From contig CAXXMV010000003.1 in the NCBI GenBank assembly GCA_963662285.2, forward strand, positions 288,001 to 352,000: a DNA stretch of 64,000 nucleotides, in the 5' to 3' direction. Under the pieces are notes generated by a model. The model was given only the letters and a program-made list of their open reading frames with translations. It was not told the origin of the DNA and made no database searches. The translations under genes and the position numbers were made by a program. The DNA comes from a bacterium (lineage in GTDB: Bacteria > Hinthialibacterota > Hinthialibacteria > Hinthialibacterales > Hinthialibacteraceae). Positions 1 through 9,486 of this stretch are shown piece after piece. Position 1 is the first letter of the stretch. Each line of letters starts with the position of its first letter.

Positions 1-404
1 ATATTCATGATGTTAGGCGTAGTGACGATTATCTTGCCCCCCGGTTTGACCACGCGGCGCAGTTCACGAATAAATTTGAACTGATCTTCCAGGTGCTCGA
101 TGACTTCAATACTGGTCACGATATCGAACTGATTGTCATCATAGGGCAGGGGATTATGAAAATCCGCTGATTGGCACTCAATCTCATCATACTTGAATCC
201 ATCCGGATTCAGATCGCAGGCGCATATATGGTCTTTGGGATTACGCTGCAATTGTTCTTTAATGTAATTGCCCAAAATAGAAACGAAGTATCCTTCTCCC
301 GCGCCGACATCCAATACTTTTTTGTCTTGCAGGTCTTCTTGCGTAACGAGTGAATATACTTTTTGATTGGTTTGATTGATGGAAAGCGATTTGATTTGGT
401 TCAT
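1..404 (-). CDS. Class I SAM-dependent methyltransferase (Methyltransf_11-like), 3' end truncated by window edge
   Basis: Not in ORF track; manual translation from ATG at 404 gives MNQIKS...KKVLDVGAGEG...LPYDDNQFDIVTSIEVIEHLEDQFKFIRELRRVVKPGGKIIVTTPN, with SAM-binding motif I and typical downstream motifs. Confidence 0.9.
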   Translation of the reverse strand, partial: MNQIKSLSINQTNQKVYSLVTQEDLQDKKVLDVGAGEGYFVSILGNYIKEQLQRNPKDHICACDLNPDGFKYDEIECQSADFHNPLPYDDNQFDIVTSIEVIEHLEDQFKFIRELRRVVKPGGKIIVTTPNIMN

Positions 405-409
405 AGTAG

Positions 410-1183
410 TTAATATTTTTTATTTTTATCAGGAGCAGATATGTTGTGATAATACCATAGTTTGAAATATTTGGTGAATACATAGAATGCTGACAAAACA
501 CAGATCATTAAGCCCGGTAGACCATCCAGGAAACCCAAGCGGATGATATACATGTGGATAAAACGCCAGACCGGGCTAAATACTAATTTGATTATGCTGG
601 ATTTTTTGTTTTTGCTGTAGAGAACCTTGGCGCCTTCAGTGGTGTACATCTGAAATTTTCTGAAATAGTCATCCAATGATCGATAGGTGATGTGGATGAT
701 ATCCCCGGCAATCACGCCTGGCTTTTGATTCAGTATGACGTCGCCATGATGACCGCATTCTTCGATCCGGTTCCGGTCGCGATGAAAGAAGCGCACGATT
801 CTATCATGACCCCAACTACCATGATTAATCTCATGACCAAAAAAATAATTCTTACGGGAAATAATATAGGCTTGGTTATCAGGATTATTATTAAGTAAAG
901 TCTGGATATTTTCTTTTAACTCAGGAGATACTCTCTCATCCGCATCCAGTAGTAAAATCCATTTATTCTCAGCCTGGGGAATCGCCCAGTTGCGTTGGGA
1001 TGCATGGCTGCCGTATTCACGCTGAATGATTCGCGCTCCGAATTGCCGGGCTATGTCCAGCGTATTGTCGGTGGAGAATGAATCCACCACCAGAATTTCA
1101 TCGGCCCATGCGACGCTGGCCAGACAATCGCGCAGGTTATCCTCTTCGTTGAATGTGGGGATTAGAGCAGTTATTTTTTTCAT
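410..1183 (-). CDS. Glycosyltransferase family 2 (WaaE/KdtX/LgtF-like)
   Basis: IPTFNEE, VVDSFSTDNT, QRNWAI, LLLDADERVS and GFLDGLPGL motifs. Confidence 0.9.
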   Translation of the reverse strand: MKKITALIPTFNEEDNLRDCLASVAWADEILVVDSFSTDNTLDIARQFGARIIQREYGSHASQRNWAIPQAENKWILLLDADERVSPELKENIQTLLNNNPDNQAYIISRKNYFFGHEINHGSWGHDRIVRFFHRDRNRIEECGHHGDVILNQKPGVIAGDIIHITYRSLDDYFRKFQMYTTEGAKVLYSKNKKSSIIKLVFSPVWRFIHMYIIRLGFLDGLPGLMICVLSAFYVFTKYFKLWYYHNISAPDKNKKY

Positions 1184-2109
1184 AATGATCGCAACGTTTT
1201 TGATGTTAATCTACGGCGCCAAAAACCTTTCAACCAGAAATAGGGCGCTTTGGGCAACTGAGTGCAATAAGCGCATAGCAGAGGATATATCTGGTTAATC
1301 AGGTCGCAGCGTTTATACCAGTCGAACTCATAGGGCGCGAAATTATTAACAAAGTATTTTAGGCCGAAACTTTTCAAGACGAACCGCAATCGTCCGCGAT
1401 GATATTTATAGTAATATGTAAAACTATTCTTTTTGGTTCCATAGGTTTCAAAATGATAAACTACTGATGAGGGTTGATAGAGTATCTTGTAACCCGCCTG
1501 ACGGGCGCGGTTGCTGAAATCAATATCTTCAAAATAAAGCGGAAAGCCTTCATCCAATAATCCCAGGCGGTCAAACACGCTCCTGCGAATGGCCACCGAG
1601 GCGCCGGTGAGGTATTCAACCTGCTGTGGTTTATCATAATCGCCATTATCAGGTTGGCCATACCCGCGATGCTGCGTTAATCCGTTAGGCTCCATAATAC
1701 CACCCGCAAATTGAATCAGCTCGCTATCGGGGAAAAGCAGCTTTGATCCGGCCAGTCCAACCTGGGGATCATTCAACATCGGTTTGATTAACTCTATGAG
1801 CCAACCCTTGCGGACTTCGGTGTCAACATTCAGCAGAACAATGACGTCGCCGCGGGCGACGCGGATGCCAAGGTTGCAGCCTTTGGGGAAACCGAAATTC
1901 TCTGAATTCTGCACGATGGTGATTCGATCCTGGTAGGAGAATGCCATAGCGACGGAGTTATCGCTGGACGCATTATCAACCAGCAGGATTTCTTTGGGCT
2001 GATAGTCATCGGCCAGAACTGAATCAAGGCAGCGGGAGATGAAACGTTCACCGTTGTAGTTAAGGATGATTACCGAAACCATAGGGCGGTTATTATTAGA
2101 GTCTTGCAT
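1180..2109 (-). CDS. Glycosyltransferase family 2 (rhamnosyltransferase-like)
   Basis: VIILNYNG, VDNASSD, NFGFPKGCNLG, LLNVDT, YFEDIDFS motifs; 4-bp overlap with downstream GT2. Confidence 0.9.
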   Translation of the reverse strand: MQDSNNNRPMVSVIILNYNGERFISRCLDSVLADDYQPKEILLVDNASSDNSVAMAFSYQDRITIVQNSENFGFPKGCNLGIRVARGDVIVLLNVDTEVRKGWLIELIKPMLNDPQVGLAGSKLLFPDSELIQFAGGIMEPNGLTQHRGYGQPDNGDYDKPQQVEYLTGASVAIRRSVFDRLGLLDEGFPLYFEDIDFSNRARQAGYKILYQPSSVVYHFETYGTKKNSFTYYYKYHRGRLRFVLKSFGLKYFVNNFAPYEFDWYKRCDLINQIYPLLCAYCTQLPKAPYFWLKGFWRRRLTSKTLRSL

Positions 2110-2138
2110 TATAGATATAAACCTAAAACAGTAGTTGT

Positions 2139-2283
2139 TATCAACCCTCTCCTGACCTCTCCCAATCTTGGGAGAGGAATGTTCGCCCTGAGTATTTGGT
2201 TTAATTAAGTCTTAACAATACAACTACATACATCACTGAATCCCTCTCCCCCAAGTTGGGGGAGAATTCAAGAGGGGGTTGTT
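2139..2283. repeat. ~145-bp composite palindromic element (MITE/REPIN-like), copy A
   Basis: CAACCCTCTCCTGACCTCTCCCAATCTTGGGAGAGGAATG...ATCCCTCTCCCCCAAGTTGGGGGAGAATTCAAGAGGGGGTTG; aligns over its full length to the reverse complement of 37610-37755. Confidence 0.85.
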
Positions 2284-2352
2284 TTCAAGAACCTTTTCCT
2301 AACCAAACAGCCTTTATTAGGATTAAATAAGGGTAGGGAACTTATAGTTTTC

Positions 2353-3429
2353 TCATGGCGCCGCAATTTTTTTAAGTTCGGAACTTTTATCTTCCAATTC
2401 ATCCATTTTGGTGAAGATCAGACGACCTGCAGAAGTTTGCAGAACCGATGCCACTGTTACATTTATCTTCTCTCCCAGCATGCGCTTGGCGTTTTCTACG
2501 ATGATCATGGTGCCATCTTCGAGGTATCCAACGCCTTGTCCCGGTTCTTTGCCTTCACGGATAACATGAACGTTAAGCACCTCTCCCGGAAGAACCACCG
2601 TTTTTAATGATTGGGCGAGAAGATTGATATTGAGTACGCTGATCTGTTCGATTTCAGCGACTTTATTCAGATTGAAATCTATCGTAAGAAGCGTTCCTGC
2701 GTATTTTTTGGTTAGTGCTAATAATTTTTTATCCACTTCTTGTAGATTAGGAAAATCTTCTTTAAGTATTTCAACTTCACAGTGAGATGCTTTCTGGAGT
2801 CGCTTGGAGATATCCAGGCCACGCCTTCCTTTGGCGCGTTTCATGGGATCATTGGAATCGGAAAGGGCTTGCAGCTCATTAATGACGAATGAAGGTATGA
2901 TTAATAAACCTTCGATGAATCCCGCTTCAGTAATTTCGGTTATTCTACCGTCTATCAATATACTGGTATCCAGAATTTTTGATCCATATAAACGGTCTTC
3001 TGATTGTATCAGGAAACTACTGGCGGAAAAATCGAAGCGATGCGCATTACGCAGAGCAATCGCCACCCCGAAATAGCCAAGAAAAAGATGTAGAAAGATG
3101 CGCGTTAAATCGAGCGATTCATCTGATAACCATCCAGGCAAGCCCATAACGATCAAGCTTGATGTGATTAAACCAAGAACCATACCCAGAACGCCAATAA
3201 GCAATTCCTGGGGAAAAGCTGACCTGATTTGACTTTCAATAATTACCAGGACGCAGGCGGCCAGCATAGCGAAAAAATCAAAATAAATTAAATCACCGTC
3301 TACAACGAATGGATTGATAATTTGCGCGGTTTTATGAGTAATAAGACCCACGAGTATCACGAATATTAATCGCACTACTCCTAAAAAAGGTATATCTCTT
3401 CCAATGTTTTTGGGTTCTTGTTTATTCAT
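2353..3429 (-). CDS. PIN/TRAM domain membrane protein (YacL family)
   Basis: N-terminal TM helices, KILDTSILIDGRI PIN motif, GRRGLD, GVGYLEDGTMIIVE TRAM motif; directly downstream of radA. Confidence 0.92.
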   Translation of the reverse strand: MNKQEPKNIGRDIPFLGVVRLIFVILVGLITHKTAQIINPFVVDGDLIYFDFFAMLAACVLVIIESQIRSAFPQELLIGVLGMVLGLITSSLIVMGLPGWLSDESLDLTRIFLHLFLGYFGVAIALRNAHRFDFSASSFLIQSEDRLYGSKILDTSILIDGRITEITEAGFIEGLLIIPSFVINELQALSDSNDPMKRAKGRRGLDISKRLQKASHCEVEILKEDFPNLQEVDKKLLALTKKYAGTLLTIDFNLNKVAEIEQISVLNINLLAQSLKTVVLPGEVLNVHVIREGKEPGQGVGYLEDGTMIIVENAKRMLGEKINVTVASVLQTSAGRLIFTKMDELEDKSSELKKIAAP

Positions 3430-4805
3430 GATTCAAATAAAACCGTTTTTACCTGGTCTACCGTCTGGGCATAAGACAATCCATCTATAGAATTGCCTTG
3501 CCTTTGAATTTCGCGAGCATTGCCTTCGGGTATCATACCACCATGATAGCCCAGTTGTTTAGCTTCCCGAATACGATGTTCGGCGCCCCGTACAGCTCGG
3601 ATTTCACCTGATAAACCAATCTCTCCAAATAGAATGTACTGCGGTGGAAGCGGAATGTCAAAATAACTCGATAAAATTGCCGCGGAAATACCGAGATCCC
3701 CGGCTGGTTCAGATATAGTGATGCCTCCCGTTACATTGACGAAAATGTCGCGGGAGCCAAGGGGGATTTGCAACCTTTTTTCTAAAACCGCCAGTATCAT
3801 GGCCAGGCGGTTGGAATCGATCCCGGTGCAGGTGCGGCGGGGGAAGCCATGACCGTGAAAGGGCGCCACCAGCGCCTGGACCTCTATCAACATGGGGCGG
3901 TTACCCTCTAAAGTTATGGTTACCACTGATCCCGCCGGATGCCGTCCTGAACCGGCGAAGGTCGAACCGGGATTCTGGACTTCACGCAATCCCTGTTCGG
4001 ACATTTCGAAAAGTCCGATTTCATGGGTTGATCCAAAACGGTTTTTGGCGCCCCGTAATATACGGTAGTGCCGGTGTTGATCTCCTTCAAAATATAGTAC
4101 TACATCCACCAGATGCTCCATCATACGTGGTCCGGCGATATTGCCCTCTTTGGTGACATGGCCGACCAGAATGATAGGCGTAGCGGTTTCTTTGGCCAGT
4201 CTGACCAGAAGCGCAGTGCAATCACGTACCTGTCCGACGCTGCCTGGCGCGGAAGTCAGTTCCGACCATGATGTGGTTTGAATAGAATCAATAATGGCCA
4301 GAAAGGGCTGCATCTCCCGGATATCGGCTATCATGGCTTCAACTTGAGTTTCCGATTTTATGAACAGTTCGGGAGATTGCGCATTCAGGCGTTCGGCGCG
4401 CAATTTTATCTGTCCCGGCGACTCTTCTCCGCTAAGATAAAGTACGCGGCCATAGAGAGAGGCGATTTTGTCTGATGCTTGCAGCAGAAGAGTGGATTTA
4501 CCAATGCCCGGTTCGCCGCCCAACAGAATGGCTGCACCGGGTAGAATGCCGCCTCCTAAAACGCGATCCACCTCCGATATACCGGTTGAGTAGCGTTTTG
4601 ATTCCGATACGGATATTTCATTGATAGATTTTGGTTTTTGAACTTTGAGATTAGAAGATTTCAGAGTTAAGTCCCGATTAGAAACCGGACGTACAGTCTC
4701 TTCTACGGCGGTATTCCATTCTTCACATTGAGGGCAACGGCCAAACCATTTGGGTTGACTGTGTCCACAGGAAGAACATGCAAAAACTGATTTTGGTTTC
4801 GCCAT
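3426..4805 (-). CDS. radA: DNA repair protein RadA/Sms
   Basis: C4 zinc finger CSSCG...CPQC, Walker A GEPGIGKST, KNRFG motif, Lon-like C-terminus. Confidence 0.97.
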   Translation of the reverse strand: MAKPKSVFACSSCGHSQPKWFGRCPQCEEWNTAVEETVRPVSNRDLTLKSSNLKVQKPKSINEISVSESKRYSTGISEVDRVLGGGILPGAAILLGGEPGIGKSTLLLQASDKIASLYGRVLYLSGEESPGQIKLRAERLNAQSPELFIKSETQVEAMIADIREMQPFLAIIDSIQTTSWSELTSAPGSVGQVRDCTALLVRLAKETATPIILVGHVTKEGNIAGPRMMEHLVDVVLYFEGDQHRHYRILRGAKNRFGSTHEIGLFEMSEQGLREVQNPGSTFAGSGRHPAGSVVTITLEGNRPMLIEVQALVAPFHGHGFPRRTCTGIDSNRLAMILAVLEKRLQIPLGSRDIFVNVTGGITISEPAGDLGISAAILSSYFDIPLPPQYILFGEIGLSGEIRAVRGAEHRIREAKQLGYHGGMIPEGNAREIQRQGNSIDGLSYAQTVDQVKTVLFES

Positions 4806-4843
4806 AATTTAACAATAAGAGATTCTATAGAGCGATCATTACA

Positions 4844-6346
4844 TCAAAAACGAAGTCTCAGACCAACATGCGGGAAAACATCATCTGTGATGTTTTGCGC
4901 CCCGCCGTAAAGGTAAAAATGCTTCCAGATAAGAAATTCTGAATAGGCGTCAAGGCGTTCTTCGTCATTATCAGTTAAGCCAACGCCTTCCATACCGATC
5001 ATCCAGCGGTCAAATATCTGCCAATCCACTCCCAGTCCTAATTCGGATTCGATAATTCCTCCGTGAAAAGTTATTGGACCGGTCTGGTAGGCAAGCTGGG
5101 CTTCAAAGTCATTGGATGAACCAAGATTATTTCCGCCGATTTGTAGATACATATCATCGTACATGGCGTAACGCAAAGAGAAATCCACCCGTGCGTTATT
5201 GTCATCATTATTGAAGCGGGGACTATCAGGGAAATAGAGCATATCCAGTTCCCAATTAAACCGGTCGCCAAGACCAGATATTTGTCCAAGAGCATTTGAA
5301 GCCTGAGCAATAGTATGTTTAGCGGACAAAGAGAGTTCTGGATCATAAATCAGATCATGAACCATACCATCACCGCTTTCGATTTGATGGAGGAAAGAAT
5401 TAACGCGGTTGGAAGCGTCCTTGGCGTTTTCGGAAAACTCCATCAGGTTTTCCATAGCTTTTTCAATCTCGGGATTATTGTTATCAACGATATCGTTTAA
5501 CTTAACAATCAAAAGATCGGCATGCTTCATCGACTTGTTTAATTGCTCTGAGAGGGTAGTGATTTCAGATGTGATCTTATTAAGATTTTTAGGCAATTCT
5601 TCACGCAGGGCGCTGGTTAATTCAGAAGAGTTCTTTAAGGTGCTTGTAAGATGAATGCGGTTCTCATTCAACATATTCCGCGCATCAGTAACAAATAATT
5701 CTGAACTGGCGATTAATGAAATCAGATTTGCAGATGCTATTTGAGCGTTTTGCATTATATCTTTTAAGCGGTCTTCTTCTCCACCGAGAAAATCATTGAT
5801 TTCTTCAGATATTTTTTTCAGATTTTCCGTCAATTTAGTAATATTTTGTTGAAATGCAGAGTCACCCAAAACTTTACCTAAAGCCAAGGTTATTTTCCGG
5901 ACTTCTTGTATTAAAAGATTCATCTCTGCTATAAGCTGATCCATCTGTTGAGGGCCACGACCTTTGAGGATGGTATATTCGGGCGCTTTTTCGAGATCGC
6001 CATAAGATAATTCAATATATTGCTCCCCCATCATTCCAAGAGTGTTGACCGAAGCCATTGAATCGTATGAAACGTGGGCATCCTCTTTAACGCTGATATC
6101 TACGACTACAAAGTAAGTCGGGGTGGGCGCCATCACGACTGTAGAAGAGATATTATCGACTTCTCCAATAGGCAATCCAGCTTGTTTGACGGGCGCGCCT
6201 TTTTCAAGAGTGCCGATATGGGTGAAATACACCGGATAATGAACCTTTCTTCCGGCGAATAAACCGCTGCCCATATTAATTGTGAAAATTAGAAATACAG
6301 CAAATACTACAAGAACGAATAATCCCAAAATGGCTTCTTTGCTCAT
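4844..6346 (-). CDS. mlaD: MlaD/MCE family protein with long helical region and C-terminal beta-barrel-like domain
   Basis: N-terminal TM anchor, MCE motifs GTLEKGAPVKQAGLPIGEV and TLGMMGEQYIEL, helical/coiled-coil middle, amphipathic strands ending VGLRLRF. Confidence 0.85.
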   Translation of the reverse strand: MSKEAILGLFVLVVFAVFLIFTINMGSGLFAGRKVHYPVYFTHIGTLEKGAPVKQAGLPIGEVDNISSTVVMAPTPTYFVVVDISVKEDAHVSYDSMASVNTLGMMGEQYIELSYGDLEKAPEYTILKGRGPQQMDQLIAEMNLLIQEVRKITLALGKVLGDSAFQQNITKLTENLKKISEEINDFLGGEEDRLKDIMQNAQIASANLISLIASSELFVTDARNMLNENRIHLTSTLKNSSELTSALREELPKNLNKITSEITTLSEQLNKSMKHADLLIVKLNDIVDNNNPEIEKAMENLMEFSENAKDASNRVNSFLHQIESGDGMVHDLIYDPELSLSAKHTIAQASNALGQISGLGDRFNWELDMLYFPDSPRFNNDDNNARVDFSLRYAMYDDMYLQIGGNNLGSSNDFEAQLAYQTGPITFHGGIIESELGLGVDWQIFDRWMIGMEGVGLTDNDEERLDAYSEFLIWKHFYLYGGAQNITDDVFPHVGLRLRF

Positions 6347-6398
6347 TATTCCGATTTCACTTTCCAGGGTAATAAATAGATCATCCGACTTATAAGTT

Positions 6399-6492
6399 TT
6401 ATTCCTCCCCCAAGCCTGGGGGAGGTTAGGAGGGGGTTGATTAGTCGAAACACAACCCCCCTCTAACTCCCCCCAGGCTTGGGGGGAGAATT
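6399..6492. repeat. REPIN-like inverted doublet of hairpin repeats, copy A
   Basis: TTCCTCCCCCAAGCCTGGGGGAGGTTAGGAGGGGGTTG-spacer-CAACCCCCCTCTAACTCCCCCCAGGCTTGGGGGGAGAA; near-identical arms at 32210-32303. Confidence 0.9.
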
Positions 6493-6547
6493 CTATTATC
6501 TCAAGCGTGGCTATAATCTTATCATTTTATATATCTTAGTTGTAACA

Positions 6548-7387
6548 TTAAATATTATTTAAAGGCCCTTCTGATTTACCTAGAATAAATTGTTGCACAA
6601 TTTCATTATCCGTGTTGCGAATTTCAGTCGGCGATCCAGTGTAGATGACTTCTCCATTGAGCAGCATGGATATTTTATCAGAAATCATAAAAGCGCTATT
6701 CATATCATGGGTAATAACCACCGAAGTTGCATTCAACTCTTTGGCTAATTTCATCATTAATTGGTTGATGGCGTCTGATGTAACCGGATCAAGTCCGGAG
6801 GTCGGTTCGTCATACAAGAGAATTTTGGGTTTATTAATGATTGCTCTGGCTAAACCAACCCGTTTACGCATACCGCCTGATAATTCTGAGGGCATTTTAT
6901 CCAGAATATCACCCAATTGCACCATCCGGAGATTTTCTATGACGATCTCTCTAATCTCTTTTTCGGAAAGCTCGCGTTCTTCAAAAAGAGAGAAACCAAC
7001 ATTCTGTAGTACATTCAATGAGTCGAACAAGGCCGCATATTGGAAAATCAAACCGACTTTTTTTCTGATAGGCAACATTTCTTTTTCATCGTAATCAGAT
7101 ATATCTTCTCCATCAACTAATATTGTTCCCTGATCGGCTTTCATAAGACCGCAAATGTGTTTTATCAGGACGCTTTTGCCTTCGCCGCTGCGTCCGATAA
7201 CCGACCGTGTTTCTCCCGGAGCGACGAACATATCGGCGCCCCGCAGTATTTGTTTTCCGCCAAGCCGCTTATGGATGCCGCTCATACGGATCATGTCGCC
7301 ATTGGAACCATTGGCGGAAGATTGGAAATGTTGGTCTTCGATCGCGTTGCTCATGAAAAAAAAATTATGATCCTTAGCGTTGCTCAT
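6548..7387 (-). CDS. mlaF: ABC transporter ATP-binding protein MlaF/Mkl
   Basis: Walker A GRSGEGKS, LSGGMRKRVGLARA signature, LYDEPTSGLDP; start set at the ATG overlapping the mlaE stop (7354 is an alternative). Confidence 0.92.
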   Translation of the reverse strand: MSNAKDHNFFFMSNAIEDQHFQSSANGSNGDMIRMSGIHKRLGGKQILRGADMFVAPGETRSVIGRSGEGKSVLIKHICGLMKADQGTILVDGEDISDYDEKEMLPIRKKVGLIFQYAALFDSLNVLQNVGFSLFEERELSEKEIREIVIENLRMVQLGDILDKMPSELSGGMRKRVGLARAIINKPKILLYDEPTSGLDPVTSDAINQLMMKLAKELNATSVVITHDMNSAFMISDKISMLLNGEVIYTGSPTEIRNTDNEIVQQFILGKSEGPLNNI

Positions 7388-8199
7388 GGGAAAAGTTGTA
7401 TGGTCCAAGTAGTTAAAAAGAAATTAGCTATCAAAATCAGTATTGATGACTGCACAACGGCTTCAGTGGTTGCTTCGCCGACGCCTTGGGCGCCGAAACC
7501 GGTTTCAAATCCCCGGTAACACCCCACAATCGCGACTATCATTCCGAAAAAGATTGTTTTGAAAATACCGCTGCAATAATCCTCGAAAGTTAACCATGAC
7601 CAAATATTGGCTATGTATAATCCAGGCGTGATATTTAACAAATATACTCCCACAATAAAGCCGCCGCCAATACCAACCGCTATGGCCAGAACGGCGAGAG
7701 CGGGAAACATGCAAGTCGCCGCAATAAAGCGGGGCGCCACCAGATAACTGATGGGATTGGCGCCCAGGCATTTCAGGGCGTCAATCTGTTCGGTCACTTT
7801 CATGGTGCCAATCTCGGCGGCGATGCCGGCGGCGATGCGTCCCGCCAGAACCACTGAAGTTAGAACCGGGCCAATCTCGCGGGCGAAACTGATCGATGCG
7901 ATGCCGCTGGCGTAATTTTTCATGCCCAGCGGCTGCAATTGCGTGCCGGTTTGCAGCACTAAAACCATCCCTGTGAAGGTTGCGGTCAGTAAAGCGATGG
8001 GAAGAGACATAACTCCCATATGAATCATTTGATCAACTATCATGCGGAAGCGCCATGGCCTACGAAAAGAGATGGCAATAGTCTGCAAGAAAAGTTGCGC
8101 AAGACGCCCGACGCTTTCAAAAAACTTATTGGTTCCTTGACCGATACGGGCTAAAAATGTATCTACATTAGTCTCAATATTTGCAAGAGTATGATTCAT
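7384..8199 (-). CDS. mlaE: ABC transporter permease MlaE
   Basis: REIGPVLT, AAEIGTMKVTEQIDAL, GAQGVGEATT motifs. Confidence 0.95.
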   Translation of the reverse strand: MNHTLANIETNVDTFLARIGQGTNKFFESVGRLAQLFLQTIAISFRRPWRFRMIVDQMIHMGVMSLPIALLTATFTGMVLVLQTGTQLQPLGMKNYASGIASISFAREIGPVLTSVVLAGRIAAGIAAEIGTMKVTEQIDALKCLGANPISYLVAPRFIAATCMFPALAVLAIAVGIGGGFIVGVYLLNITPGLYIANIWSWLTFEDYCSGIFKTIFFGMIVAIVGCYRGFETGFGAQGVGEATTEAVVQSSILILIANFFLTTWTIQLFP

Positions 8200-8247
8200 A
8201 AGAGCATGATTCTCCCCGGATAATAATGCATCAAACCTCCCTGGACG

Positions 8248-9180
8248 CTATTCAACATTTAATTCGTCAACATATTTAGTCGCTGATATGGCTGCCGTCA
8301 CGCCATCGCCAACCGAACTGGCCATTTGACGGGCGGCGTCTATCCGGCAGTCTCCGCAGGCGAATATGCCGTGAACGCTGGTATGCATCAGCAAATCAAC
8401 TTTGATAAGTTTATGCTCGTCGATTTCAACCAGATTTTCAACCAATTTAGTATTTGGAATATGCCCCACGAAAACGAATACGCCATCAATTTTGTGTTGC
8501 TTGGTCTCTTTGGTTTTTACATTTTCAAGCATTACTCCGATTACTTTTTGATCACTTATTATCTCTGTGACGACTGAATCCCAGATAATATTTACTTTTT
8601 CATTTTTCAAGACCCGGTCTTGAAGCACGGCGCTGGCGCGTAATTGATCACGCCGGTGTACTATTGTAACGGAGTTGCAGAAACGGGTTAAGAAGAGAGC
8701 CTCTTCTACGGCGGCGTCTCCACCTCCTACCACGACCACGTCTTTGTCTCTAAAGAAAGCGCCATCGCAGGTTGCGCAATAAGAGACGCCGGTTCCAACA
8801 TTCTTATCTTCTCCGGGTACGCCCAATTTTCTGGGATCAGCTCCCATAGCCAGGATTATGGAACGGGCCTTAATCTCATTTTTATCAGCCACAATATTAA
8901 ATACGTCTCCATCCCGGCTGATATTTGTTACTGTAGCGCTTTTGAGTTCCGCGCCGAATTTTTCCGCTTGTTTCTGCATTAGGTCGGCAATCTCAAAACC
9001 GCTAACTGATTCCAGAAAACCAGGGTAATTTTCTACTGCATCCGTTAGGGAAATCTGCCCCCCGGCAGCGCCTTTTTCCAGAATAAGAGTACTGAGATTA
9101 CCCCGCGCCGTATATAATGCCGCCGCTAAACCAGCTGGACCTGCTCCAATTACCACAGAATCATATATAGAAGAAACCAT
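8248..9180 (-). CDS. trxB: Thioredoxin-disulfide reductase
   Basis: GAGPAG FAD motif, CATCDG active site, VGGGDAA, HRRD; GGAG RBS before ATG 9180. Confidence 0.96.
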   Translation of the reverse strand: MVSSIYDSVVIGAGPAGLAAALYTARGNLSTLILEKGAAGGQISLTDAVENYPGFLESVSGFEIADLMQKQAEKFGAELKSATVTNISRDGDVFNIVADKNEIKARSIILAMGADPRKLGVPGEDKNVGTGVSYCATCDGAFFRDKDVVVVGGGDAAVEEALFLTRFCNSVTIVHRRDQLRASAVLQDRVLKNEKVNIIWDSVVTEIISDQKVIGVMLENVKTKETKQHKIDGVFVFVGHIPNTKLVENLVEIDEHKLIKVDLLMHTSVHGIFACGDCRIDAARQMASSVGDGVTAAISATKYVDELNVE

Positions 9181-9486
9181 TAAATTATCTCCAATCAAAA
9201 AAAATATGTTATTGCGTTTGTCTTTGAATTACTTTATTTTATATCCAAGACAAGAGATTGGCTACTCGACTAGCGGTTATACTTTATCTAAGTTAATCTA
9301 GTTTGATGTAAATAGCTGATTTTTAATTAAAATATGCGAAATTATTTGAATAATTATTGATATTAATTGCATTTTGAAATAATTGCATCTTATAAAATAC
9401 ATTATTACTACGTTATGAATCCGGGAAGGTTCTTGATTAGGCAAAATATTTATAAGTATATTCATAACATCAGAGGAGAAAACGCG

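Noticed and set aside
2353-4805. PIN-domain gene as a toxin-antitoxin toxin
   Set aside because: It is the conserved membrane PIN/TRAM (YacL) protein normally linked to radA; no antitoxin is present
7344-7387. 33-bp-period duplication of the mlaF start (ATGAGCAACGC twice) around a 9-nt T run
   Set aside because: In frame either way and a second ATG follows the run, so slippage would have little effect; likely a neutral micro-duplication
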